Assembly (NCBI GenBank): GCA_963775225.1
Contig: CAVZHW010000006.1
Span: forward strand, 88,329 to 152,328
DNA length: 64,000 bases
DNA from: an uncultured Chloroflexia bacterium
GTDB lineage: Bacteria > Chloroflexota > Limnocylindria > Limnocylindrales > CSP1-4
Direction: 5' to 3'
Below, in pieces: positions 20,020 through 29,016 of this stretch (its first letter is position 1; the number at the start of each line of letters is the position of its first letter). The notes under the pieces are model-generated. The model searched no databases, had not been told where the DNA came from, and saw nothing but the letters and a program-made list of their open reading frames with translations. Position numbers and translations under genes: made by a program.

Positions 20020-20877
20020 CTAGGCCGGCAGCAGGGCCGCCTTCTGGCGCAGAAGCTCCCAGAACGGCAGCGCGTTGCGCGGTTCGACCAGCCGCAGCGG
20101 CCGCTCGAGCGCACGGATCTCGACCGAGTCGCCAACTTCCAACGGGTAGTCGTCACGGCCGTCGATGCTCACGATCGCCGGCGGCCCATCGACCAACCGC
20201 ACGCACACAACATGGGATGGCCCGACGACGACCGAACGGATCGACGACAGGTAGGCCGCCACCGGCGTGACGATCAGGTTGCGCGCGGTGGGATCCAGGA
20301 TTGGCCCGCCGGCGCTGAACGAATAGGCGGTCGACCCGGTGGGCGTGGCGACGACCACGCCATCGGCGACATAGGTGGCCAGGTGCGAGTCGTCGACCGA
20401 TACATCGAGATGAAGCACGCGCGCCTCGCCGCCGCGCACGATGGCCGCGTCGTTGAGCGCCGCCAGCGAGCCCTCACCCGGAAGCGGCGAGGGGCTGTCC
20501 GAGTGGGCGTGGCGCGCGAGTCGCGCCTCGAGCATCATGCGCGGCTCGATCGCATAGTCGCCGCGCACCAGGTCCCCGAGCGCGTGTTCGAGCCCATCGG
20601 GCTCGATCTTCGACAGGAAGCCGACACGGCCCGAGTTCACGCCGAGCACCGGCACGTCGACGCGCGCGAGTGCCCGTGCGGCACGCAGAAAGGTCCCGTC
20701 GCCGCCGAGCACTACCAGGCAGTCGGCCGACGGGAGCTGGTCGATCAGCCGCGGCGTATCGCCCGACTCCAGCGCCCAGGCGGAGCAGCCCGCTTTCGTG
20801 CACCACTCGAGCGCCCGATCGCGCAGCTCGATGGCCGCGGGCTTGGTGGGGTTGAAGGCGAAACCGATCCGCTTCAT
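20020..20877 (-). CDS. nadK: NAD(+) kinase
   Basis: GGDGTFL, GRVGFL, LND and ADG...TPTGSTAYS.SAGGP motifs. Confidence 0.95.
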   Translation of the reverse strand: MKRIGFAFNPTKPAAIELRDRALEWCTKAGCSAWALESGDTPRLIDQLPSADCLVVLGGDGTFLRAARALARVDVPVLGVNSGRVGFLSKIEPDGLEHALGDLVRGDYAIEPRMMLEARLARHAHSDSPSPLPGEGSLAALNDAAIVRGGEARVLHLDVSVDDSHLATYVADGVVVATPTGSTAYSFSAGGPILDPTARNLIVTPVAAYLSSIRSVVVGPSHVVCVRLVDGPPAIVSIDGRDDYPLEVGDSVEIRALERPLRLVEPRNALPFWELLRQKAALLPA

Positions 20878-21644
20878 CGGCCCAGGCGCAGCAGGAACTC
20901 GCGGTTGCCGGCGGGACCGCGCAGCGGCGACTCGATCTCGCCCTGCCGGTGCAGCCCGATCGTGGCCGCGTGTTCGGTGACCTTGTCTATGGCCGCGCGG
21001 TGAACTGCAGGATCACGAACCACCCCGCCTGGCGCCTGGGCGGGATCGGCCTCGAACTGCGGCTTAACCAACGCCACGATCTCGCCGCGGCCGGGGGCCA
21101 GCGTGGCGGCAACGCCGCGCATGACGCGGGTCAAGGAGATGAACGAGACATCGATGACGGCCAGGTCGATCGGCTGCGGCAACGTGACATGATCCTCGGC
21201 GGCCGGATCGAGTCGCGCGGCGTGCGTCCGCTCGATGGACACGACACGCGGATCGGTGCGCAGAACGTCGGCCAGCTGTCCGCGCCCCACGTCGAGAGCA
21301 TAGACGCGTGCCGCGCCGCGCCGCAACAGAACGTCGGTGAAGCCGCCGGTCGAGGCACCCACGTCGAGGCACACGCGGCCGGCCACGTTGATGCCGAAAG
21401 CCTCGAGCGCCGCGTCGAGCTTCTCGCCGCCGCGCGACACGAAGCGCGGGCGTGCCTTGGGCTCGATCACGACGTCCGGCGCGACCAGCTCGCCCGGCTT
21501 CCGATCGCGCCGCGCGCCGTCGCCCTGCCCGACCAGGAGCTGGCCCGCCAGCAACAGGCGGGTCGCCTCGTCGCGATCCTCTGCCAGGCCACGCTGGACA
21601 ACGAGATCGTCAAGCCGCCATCGGGGAGATCGGACTCGAGCCAC
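20874..21644 (-). CDS. tlyA: TlyA family rRNA methyltransferase
   Basis: RLD S4-like start, FVSRGGEKL, DVGASTGGFTD, DVSFISL, KPQFE, GPAGNREF. Start uncertain; the longer ORF to 21788 runs into a repeat. Confidence 0.92.
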   Translation of the reverse strand: MARVRSPRWRLDDLVVQRGLAEDRDEATRLLLAGQLLVGQGDGARRDRKPGELVAPDVVIEPKARPRFVSRGGEKLDAALEAFGINVAGRVCLDVGASTGGFTDVLLRRGAARVYALDVGRGQLADVLRTDPRVVSIERTHAARLDPAAEDHVTLPQPIDLAVIDVSFISLTRVMRGVAATLAPGRGEIVALVKPQFEADPAQAPGGVVRDPAVHRAAIDKVTEHAATIGLHRQGEIESPLRGPAGNREFLLRLGR

Positions 21645-21678
21645 CGGCCAAGTATCGGCCGCGACCCGTCGCGCGGGC

Positions 21679-21895
21679 TGATCGCTCACACGGGTCAAAC
21701 GTCCGCCGATCCGCTCGAGTGAAGGCAGCGGCCGTCCCCGATGCCAACCCAGACTGCCGGCCAGACTCGATTTGGCCTTACCAGCCACCGTTTATGCAGC
21801 GCTCGACGCATCTTCTGCCGCATCCGAGTGGATGGATGAATGCCCGGTCAGCGCCCGCCAACCGCTACCGGACGTTTGACCCGCCACACCGATCA
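21679..21895. repeat. 217-bp palindromic (REPIN/MITE-like) element, copy 1
   Basis: TGATCG-N7-GGGTCAAACGTCCG ... CGGACGTTTGACCC-N7-CGATCA: perfect 14-bp and 6-bp inverted repeats. Confidence 0.8.
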
Positions 21896-22618
21896 TTTCA
21901 TTGCCGGTAATCCTCCGGCGGCCTTCGCTTTCGGCCGCAGTGCCAAGTCACTGACGCCGTCGTCGAGCCTGCCGTCGCGGACGAGGACGTGGCGACTGAA
22001 GCGGTCGGCGATCGTCGGGTCGTGGGTCGCCACGACCAGGGCAAAGCCGTGCTCGGCCTGCAAGGTCGCCAGGAGATCGACGACCTGACGCGAGGTCTGC
22101 GAGTCAAGGTTGCCGGTCGGCTCGTCGGCCAGCACGAGCTGTGGGTCTGCGATAAGGGCGCGGCCAATGGCGACCCGCTGTTGCTCGCCGCCGGACAGCT
22201 CGCCCGGCCGATGCCGTAGCCGGTCGCCCAGGCCCAACTGGCCGAGCAGCTCCCGGGCGTGAGCGTCGAGGTCTCGCCGCGAGCGATACGGCACGAGCGG
22301 CAGCATCACGTTCTCCAGCGCGGACAGCGCCGGCACCAGGTGGAAGAGCTGGAAGACGAGCCCGATCCTTTCCCGCCGGACGTCGGCCCGCGCATCGTCC
22401 GATAGGCCACCCACGTCGCTGCCATCGAGCAGGACGCTGCCCTCTGTCGGCCGATCAAGCAGGCCCATCAGCGCCAGCAGCGTCGTCTTGCCCGCCCCGG
22501 ACGGCCCCAGCACCGCGATCTGCTCGCCGTGCGCCACCGCGAGATCAACGTGATCAAGTGCCACGACCGCCGTCGCGCCACTGCCGTACATGCGCGTCGC
22601 ATCAGTCAGTTGCAGCAT
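21893..22618 (-). CDS. ABC transporter ATP-binding protein (LolD/MacB-like)
   Basis: [29 protein letters not shown] and ATHD motifs; its TGA stop lies within the repeat end. Confidence 0.93.
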   Translation of the reverse strand: MLQLTDATRMYGSGATAVVALDHVDLAVAHGEQIAVLGPSGAGKTTLLALMGLLDRPTEGSVLLDGSDVGGLSDDARADVRRERIGLVFQLFHLVPALSALENVMLPLVPYRSRRDLDAHARELLGQLGLGDRLRHRPGELSGGEQQRVAIGRALIADPQLVLADEPTGNLDSQTSRQVVDLLATLQAEHGFALVVATHDPTIADRFSRHVLVRDGRLDDGVSDLALRPKAKAAGGLPAMK

Positions 22619-25600
22619 CGAGGACCTCCAGGGCGGACACAAGCTGGGCCAGGGTGTGCTCGAGGGCCGAGTTGTCGAGCTGGTCGGGGGTGTCGGCCGG
22701 GGTGCCAGTGTCAGTATTGAGACTCGTCGGCTCGCCCAGGTAGGCAGCGTCGATGCCGATCGCGAGGGCCGATGGGGCGATGACGCCGTCGAGGTGCACG
22801 TCGTCGGGCGGCGCGCCGGAGGTCAGCGCAGACAGCAGCGCGGCCGACGTGTCGGTCGCCGCCAGGTCGGCGGTTCGCGCTACCCAGTCGCCTGCGCCGT
22901 CGTCGAGGACGAGCGAGCCGAGAAGGGCTTGGCGTGTCGATGCCTCGTCGAGCGCGTCCGTCCAATGTTCACCAAGCACGGCGGCCAGCCGGCCGCCGAG
23001 CGGCCCAAGCTCGATGACCGGCGCCAGCGGCATCTTTTCGGTGGCGCGGCGCACGAGGCTCGACATCGTCCCCGGCTGGCTCAGATCGGCGAACGCGAGG
23101 CGCAACGGCAGATCGTAGGCGTGCGCCTTGGCGGCCAACTCGAGAGCGACCGCTATCGGCGCCGCGCTCTGGGCCGCCCCGGGACCTGTCGAGCCGACCG
23201 GCACGACCAGCAGCGGCGTCGCGTCTGCCGGTGAGCCGACTGTTGCCCACACGATCTCGCCGGCGGTCAGCCCGACGGATGCGGCGTGAGTTACGGCTGT
23301 CCACGCCTCGTCCGCGAGCGGCCTGACCGTCAGCACCGCGGTCGTCCCCTCCGAGCTGCAGCGGGACAGGGTGTCAAAGGGTCGCGTGGGGTCGTCGGCA
23401 TCGGACACCCGCAGCACCAGCAGCCCGACTGCGCAGTCGGGCTGGCTGAGCTCGCTCGCGGTAAAGGGAAGCGGAGCATCGGCCGTGAACTGCGGCGTCA
23501 CCGCGAGGCCGCCGCTGAACATCGCGCCAACGTCTATCGAATTGCCTGACGCGTCGAACCACTGTGGCATGAACGACAGGAACTCCTCGCTTGAGGCTGA
23601 GCCTCCGTGGGAGCGCACGAAGTCCGTGACGTAACGCAGCGTCCAATCGAAGCTCGCGTTGCCCGCCACTCGGTCGGCGTGGCCGGCGATCGCGTCGACA
23701 TGGCCAGCAAGCGCGATCGACTCTGCCGACGGCGGTGCGGGTGACGGAACTGGCACAAACGCATTTGGCGGGATGGCGGCCGGGGCGAGCACTCCGTAGC
23801 CGACGCCGGCACCGGTCACGAACATCGCCAGAACGACAATGACGGCCAGCGCAGCCCGCGACGCGAAGCCGGGTAGCGCGCCGGTCATGCCCTCGGCGGC
23901 GAGACCACGCGCCGGGTCGACGGCCAGCGCGAGGCGTGCCGGCAGGGCGGCGACGACGAGCGCAACGAGGCCACCGAGCACCACGGCCGCTGCGCCGAGA
24001 ACGACCAGCGCTGGCCACGGGAGACCGACCCAAGCGCCGACCGCGACGACAGGGATCACGGCGAGGAGACCGCCGGCGAAGGCCGGCAGGCCGGCCTCGA
24101 CCGACACGACGCTGGCGATAGCGCGGGCGCGCCAGCCGGTGGCGCGCAGCAGGGCGATCAGGCTGACGCGCCGCTCGACGGCCAGCACACCGGAGTCGAG
24201 CGCGATCGACGCCGCGGCGAACAACGCTGCCCCGGCGGCGAGCAGGTGGAACCAGCCCACGCGCAGCCACACCAGGCCGCCCAGCACTGTCGTGCGCAGC
24301 TCGCCGCCGTAGGCGACCTCGACCGCCGCGATGGTGCCCGCGACGAGGATCGCCAGCGCCAGGGCGATGGCAACTGCCAGCAGTCGGCGCGGTGCTTCGA
24401 AGCTGTTGCGCAGGCCCAGGCGGACGACACCCAGGCTCAGCCAGCGTCGCGGCTCGCCCACGACGCGCTCGCGCTGCCCGCGGTTGGTCAGTGCGGCAAG
24501 GCCAGCGGCGGCCATGTGCACACCGACGACTCCCAGCGCCGCGATGGGATACGCCAGCGGCGGTAGGTCGACGTCGGTGATGGCGTCGAATATCGCCAGC
24601 AGGATGACCGACAGGATCGCCGCGGCGAGGCCGAGCAGCAGCGCCTGGCTGACCAGCAGCCAGACCCGGCTCACTCGCCGCCAGCCGAGCTGGCCCAGGA
24701 TCTCGAGCCCGCGCCGCTGGTCATCGACGAGGAAGACCCCGAAGCTGCCCAAATACAGCAGCACGACCAGGCCCGCGCCGCCGAGCAGGAGGCCCGACAG
24801 GCCATCGGCGCCGGTCACGATTCGTGGCGCCTCGCCCAGCGTCGTCCAGCGCTCGCGAACGGTGCCCACGCCCGCGACGGCTACGTCGACGTCGACCGGC
24901 GAGCTACCGGCCACGACATCGACGTGCAGCCCGGTCCGATCGCGGATCGCCTGCGCCACCTGGGCGATGTGGTCGACCGCCGCCGGCGTGTAGGCGTCAA
25001 CGTCGGAGACGCGGACGCGGATGGCGTCGATGAACTGCGCACCGCGCAGCGCCTCGACCGTCTCGAGGTTGGTCAGGCCGATCGGCGGCAGCGGGTTGAG
25101 ACCGCCCGGGTTGAGCGAGACCGGCAGCGCCTGGTTGACCGGGTTGCCGCCGGCATCGGCAACGAGCTGCCGCGCCGGATCACCATAGACCCCCAGCGGG
25201 ACATAGTTGGTCGCGCCCGCGTAGCGCGCGGCAATAGCGTCGAGATCGTACGTGCCGAGCGAGTCGACGAGGAACGGATCGGGGACCGTGACCGCCAGCG
25301 GTCGGTACTGCACTAGCCCGTCGAGCAGGTCGCCAATTGTGCCCGCGTTCCATCCCTGCGGTGCGGCTGCGGCGATCGCCGGCTGAACGAGTTCGCTCCA
25401 CGTTCCGAGGTTGTCGAGGATGGGATGACCATCCGGAGTGCGGCCATAGGCCGTCTCGGAGGGCAACAGCAGGACGTTGCGCCCGTAGGCACCACCGCCG
25501 CCAACGTTCATGTTGGGCTGGATCGCGCCGTCATGGAACTCAACGAGGGTGACACGCAGGGGCTGGATCAGGTCGGAGAACGCCTTCGTGTCGGATGCGA

Positions 25601-26582
25601 CGACCTGGGTCGTCTTGCCATTGGTAAAGCCCTGGACCACCGAATCCTCGGCCGCGAGCCAGTCGGTCAGCGATCCGTTGAACTTCGTCGTCCGGTGCAT
25701 CTCTTCGAGTGCGGCGCCCAGCCCAGCGACATCCACGCCGTCGACGAGCGAGATCGACATCGTCACCTGCCCCGGCAGGGACACGTGTGCCGGCGTGATC
25801 ACAGGCACGCGAGTCGCTGTCTCCTGGGCGTTCTGATCAAACGTCGTCGTCAACCCGCGTTGCAGATTCTGGCCCGTTACGTATTCGCTGAGGCCGATCA
25901 GTCGGTCTTCCTCAACCGGGTCGATGCCGACGATATCGCCCCATGTCGAGGGCAGCTCAATCTTCAGGTCTGCATTGGCCGGCTGCCCCGGCTGCGTGCC
26001 CCACCCGCCCGACCCGACCGCACCAGCGATCACCGCGGCTAGTCTGAACTCACCCTGGTAGTCCCAATTGACGCCGACGTAGCCGTTCGCCCGAATCTGC
26101 GTGCCATCGGGCAGGCTGACCTCCTCCGTGATCTTCACCAGTTGTCCCCGGTCAGGCGTCGGGAATGACGCGTCGATGGCGACGTCATCGGGCCTCATCC
26201 AGCCGAGTGTGGCCAGCGGCGCGGCGACCTCGACGCCTGGGATCTGCTGGATCGCGTGCCATTGCGCGCGCGTGATGCCCGAGGAACGTACTGCGAGAAA
26301 GTCGGATGGGACGACCTGCTTGCCGTCGATCGTGTACGTCGTCGCGTCGGTCGGCTGAACGAGCAGGTCGTAGGCGCCGCGCCATCCGGCGTCGACGGTC
26401 TGGCCGACGATCGTGCGGCTGGTCACCGCGGCGGTCGCAAGCGATGCCGCGGCCAGGGCGATCGAGACCGAGCCGGCGGCAAGAATGATCGCCCGCGGCT
26501 GGTTGCTGACCAGGATCCGCCAGCCAACCCGAAGCGGGCCCCAGAAGCGGGTCCTCATCGGCGGCCGGCGAGGCCGAGTCAT
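22602..26582 (-). CDS. very large FtsX/MacB-type ABC permease with C-terminal M28-peptidase-like domain
   Basis: TM1, large extracytoplasmic domain (GAYDLLV.P, I.QIPGVEVAAP, DAIRVRV, TGLHVDVVAGSS), two FtsX blocks (ILGQLGW, LLRATGW), then a soluble M28-like tail. Confidence 0.8.
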   Translation of the reverse strand: MTRPRRPPMRTRFWGPLRVGWRILVSNQPRAIILAAGSVSIALAAASLATAAVTSRTIVGQTVDAGWRGAYDLLVQPTDATTYTIDGKQVVPSDFLAVRSSGITRAQWHAIQQIPGVEVAAPLATLGWMRPDDVAIDASFPTPDRGQLVKITEEVSLPDGTQIRANGYVGVNWDYQGEFRLAAVIAGAVGSGGWGTQPGQPANADLKIELPSTWGDIVGIDPVEEDRLIGLSEYVTGQNLQRGLTTTFDQNAQETATRVPVITPAHVSLPGQVTMSISLVDGVDVAGLGAALEEMHRTTKFNGSLTDWLAAEDSVVQGFTNGKTTQVVASDTKAFSDLIQPLRVTLVEFHDGAIQPNMNVGGGGAYGRNVLLLPSETAYGRTPDGHPILDNLGTWSELVQPAIAAAAPQGWNAGTIGDLLDGLVQYRPLAVTVPDPFLVDSLGTYDLDAIAARYAGATNYVPLGVYGDPARQLVADAGGNPVNQALPVSLNPGGLNPLPPIGLTNLETVEALRGAQFIDAIRVRVSDVDAYTPAAVDHIAQVAQAIRDRTGLHVDVVAGSSPVDVDVAVAGVGTVRERWTTLGEAPRIVTGADGLSGLLLGGAGLVVLLYLGSFGVFLVDDQRRGLEILGQLGWRRVSRVWLLVSQALLLGLAAAILSVILLAIFDAITDVDLPPLAYPIAALGVVGVHMAAAGLAALTNRGQRERVVGEPRRWLSLGVVRLGLRNSFEAPRRLLAVAIALALAILVAGTIAAVEVAYGGELRTTVLGGLVWLRVGWFHLLAAGAALFAAASIALDSGVLAVERRVSLIALLRATGWRARAIASVVSVEAGLPAFAGGLLAVIPVVAVGAWVGLPWPALVVLGAAAVVLGGLVALVVAALPARLALAVDPARGLAAEGMTGALPGFASRAALAVIVVLAMFVTGAGVGYGVLAPAAIPPNAFVPVPSPAPPSAESIALAGHVDAIAGHADRVAGNASFDWTLRYVTDFVRSHGGSASSEEFLSFMPQWFDASGNSIDVGAMFSGGLAVTPQFTADAPLPFTASELSQPDCAVGLLVLRVSDADDPTRPFDTLSRCSSEGTTAVLTVRPLADEAWTAVTHAASVGLTAGEIVWATVGSPADATPLLVVPVGSTGPGAAQSAAPIAVALELAAKAHAYDLPLRLAFADLSQPGTMSSLVRRATEKMPLAPVIELGPLGGRLAAVLGEHWTDALDEASTRQALLGSLVLDDGAGDWVARTADLAATDTSAALLSALTSGAPPDDVHLDGVIAPSALAIGIDAAYLGEPTSLNTDTGTPADTPDQLDNSALEHTLAQLVSALEVLDAATD

Positions 26583-26586
26583 GGCG

Positions 26587-26826
26587 TCAAGGCAGATAGC
26601 CGGGCAGCGTGGTCAGGATGCGCTCGGTGCCGGAATCTCTCAAGCCGGGAAAGCCGACCGGGATCAACATGAACCCCGACGCCACGGCCCAAATGCCCAG
26701 CGTCACCGCGACGACGAGGAAGACAGTGAGGAAGATCGCCAGCATCTTGCACGTCCGGTCACGTCGTGGCTGGTCTTCGTGGATTGCCATCCCTCGAAGC
26801 ATGACCACGGATTCGCCGGATGGCAT
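26587..26826 (-). CDS. small single-TM hypothetical protein
   Basis: Hydrophobic segment MLAIFLTVFLVVAVTLGIWAVA; GAGG upstream; ends 4 nt before the permease ATG. Start uncertain. Confidence 0.5.
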   Translation of the reverse strand: MPSGESVVMLRGMAIHEDQPRRDRTCKMLAIFLTVFLVVAVTLGIWAVASGFMLIPVGFPGLRDSGTERILTTLPGYLP

Positions 26827-26861
26827 CCGACGAACCTCTGAAAAACATCAGCAATCTCGAG

Positions 26862-27323
26862 CTAGTGAGCAGATATGCCATGCGTTGGAACGATCTCAGG
26901 GGATCCTCCAAACATCCTCGGCGACTGCGGCCCTGTGAATGGGCGCGCAAAGGTCTGCGGCTGCGAGACGAGGACGAGCGCCAGGACTGTCACAGCGAGG
27001 AGGACCGCCAGGCCGAGCAAGACGATGGCGGAGGCCACATACCGATGTGCCTCGGAGGGCGGCGTTGCCAACGGAGCGACGTTGCTGTCCCGCAGCGCTG
27101 CGATCAGCGCCGCCCGGCCGTCAACGCCGAACTTCGCGTAGATGTGGGTCAGATGGCTTCGAACTGTCGACTCGCTCAGGCACAGCCGCGTCGCGATCTC
27201 TCGGTTACGGGCTCCTGTCGTCAGCACCCGCAGGACGTTGCGCTCGGCGCGGGTCAGTTCATCGAGTGGGTCCGGTCGCTCGCCAGTGGCCACAGATGCG
27301 TTATCGAGCGATAGCTCCGCCAT
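26862..27323 (-). CDS. LuxR-type HTH regulator with C-terminal transmembrane helix
   Basis: LTRAERNVL...GARNREIA.RL.LSESTVRSHLTHIYAKFGV, then a hydrophobic helix (VASAIVLLGLAVLLAVTVLALVLV). Confidence 0.8.
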   Translation of the reverse strand: MAELSLDNASVATGERPDPLDELTRAERNVLRVLTTGARNREIATRLCLSESTVRSHLTHIYAKFGVDGRAALIAALRDSNVAPLATPPSEAHRYVASAIVLLGLAVLLAVTVLALVLVSQPQTFARPFTGPQSPRMFGGSPEIVPTHGISAH

Positions 27324-27500
27324 TAGGGAATCATCCGCACTTCACAGACTTGGCCGGAGTGCCGTTTGACCCGGTCGCCACGCCAAAGGATCGAATTCCA
27401 AACCGCTGCACGTCTCGCAGCGGTGTCGTGGCTCTCGACGATTGCTCGGGCAGACCGATGCCATGGATCTACAGGCTGTGCGGGTCGTGACGTCACCAGG

Positions 27501-28133
27501 CTAGGTCGGCGGCGAAGTCGGAAGCATCGACGGGGACAGCGGACCGCCGGGGTAGGCCTGCACGACCCGCCACGCTCCACTGGATTGCTGCTGCAGGACA
27601 AACCCGGAGCCAACCTCGCCGGGCGGCAATCCACGCGTTGTGCCGGTGATCGTGAGGGCGGTGGTGAGAACGACCATGTTGAGGCCGAGTCGATGGGGCT
27701 CGCCAAGGATCTTGAAAGCCACAACACGTGTTATTCCGCCACAGAAAGCGTCACCGCCCCAGTTGTAGACGAGCGAGCCGACGAATTGCCCGGAGGTGTC
27801 GCAGTCGCCGGCGACAAGCGCCGAGAGATAGGCATCCAGCACTACCTCGGGAGGCGCCGAGTCGGGCGGGACCGTCACACGCGGCGACGGGGTCACCGCA
27901 GGCGAGGGCGTCGGGGTCGGCCCGGGCCGCAATCCCACCGAGGCGAAGAAAAGCGCTCCGCCGAGCAGCAGCACCGCGCCGAGCAGGATGGCGGGTCGCA
28001 GCAGTCCGGCCACGCCCGGCTGTACGCGTGTCATCGGCCCGAATACGCGTGCCGGTGGCTCTGGCACCAGTTGCTCGATGCGGGCGAACCGCCGGGCAAA
28101 CCGGGCGAAAGTGGTGTCGTCGAAATCGTTCAT
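27501..28133 (-). CDS. putative membrane anti-sigma/sensor protein
   Basis: Coupled (TGATG) to the ECF sigma gene; short cytoplasmic N-terminus, TM helix, PT linker, small two-Cys extracytoplasmic domain ending GAWRVV. Confidence 0.6.
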   Translation of the reverse strand: MNDFDDTTFARFARRFARIEQLVPEPPARVFGPMTRVQPGVAGLLRPAILLGAVLLLGGALFFASVGLRPGPTPTPSPAVTPSPRVTVPPDSAPPEVVLDAYLSALVAGDCDTSGQFVGSLVYNWGGDAFCGGITRVVAFKILGEPHRLGLNMVVLTTALTITGTTRGLPPGEVGSGFVLQQQSSGAWRVVQAYPGGPLSPSMLPTSPPT

Positions 28134-28693
28134 CAGAGCAGCTCCGCATGCGAACGCAGCACTGCCAGGGCGCGGGCGACCAGCGATCGCACGCCCGACT
28201 CCGAAAGACCCATGACGGAACCGATGTCGGCGTCGGTCAGATCGCGCTGATAGCGCAGGATCAGGACCTCGCGTTGCCGCGCCGTCAGGACGCGGGCGAG
28301 CGCTTCAAACCAGGTGCCGAACTCGGTGTCATGGCCGGATAAAGACGCTGAGTGTCCGTTGCCGATCCGCGGAATGAGGCGGGCCAGGTGGCGAGCACGG
28401 CGCCAGCGATCGGTGGCGATGCGCCGGGCGGTCAGCAGCAGCCAGGCGACCGGGCGCTCAGGGACCTGCCGCCATGTCCGAAGCGCGCGCTCGAAGGTGT
28501 CGGCGGTGATCTCCTCCGCATCCTCCAGCGAGCGCGTAAGTGCGAGGACATAGCGCAACACGTCCCGGTAGTGGTCCGCGTAGAGGCGCTCGATGGCAGC
28601 CGACTCGGCACGCGCAAGCGGTTGAAGCGGCACAACGACCCCGTCGTTCTGCACCAGCGCGTCGTCCTGCCGGCGCGTCCTCGCGATCGTCAC
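28133..28693 (-). CDS. ECF-type RNA polymerase sigma-70 factor
   Basis: DAEEITADTF, WLLLTARRIATDRWR (region 2); LTARQREVLILRY, I...MG.SESGVRS...RA (region 4); GGAGGT RBS. Confidence 0.92.
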   Translation of the reverse strand: MTIARTRRQDDALVQNDGVVVPLQPLARAESAAIERLYADHYRDVLRYVLALTRSLEDAEEITADTFERALRTWRQVPERPVAWLLLTARRIATDRWRRARHLARLIPRIGNGHSASLSGHDTEFGTWFEALARVLTARQREVLILRYQRDLTDADIGSVMGLSESGVRSLVARALAVLRSHAELL

Positions 28694-28771
28694 ACCTCAC
28701 CAACGAACGAGATGCCCGAATTGTCCCGTCAGGGCTCGCCGCCGGCCTGGCGACATCGCAGTCAGATCGGC

Positions 28772-28987
28772 CGATCGGTCACACAGGTCAATCGTCCGCC
28801 GGGCCGCCAGTCGATCCCGCGATGGCCTCGATTGCTGCCCGAGGCTGGAGCGTCAAGGCGCGGATTGCGTCACCCGGCGCCGCATATGCACCGGTCGATG
28901 CATGCTTCGACGTGTCCGACTGCATCAGTGAATGCCAATTCAGCGGCAGACGGCCGACACCGGACACTTGATCGGTCACACCGATCA
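28772..28987. repeat. 216-bp palindromic element, copy 2
   Basis: Left end 26/29 identical to copy 1; 28885-28987 versus 21793-21895 is 73/103 identical without gaps (hand count). Confidence 0.8.
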
Positions 28988-29016
28988 CGCCGGCGCGGCA
29001 GGCTCGGGAGGCGGGT

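Noticed and set aside
21645-21788. N-terminal extension of TlyA to 21788
   Set aside because: The extension is translated from repeat copy 1; TlyA homology starts near RLD.
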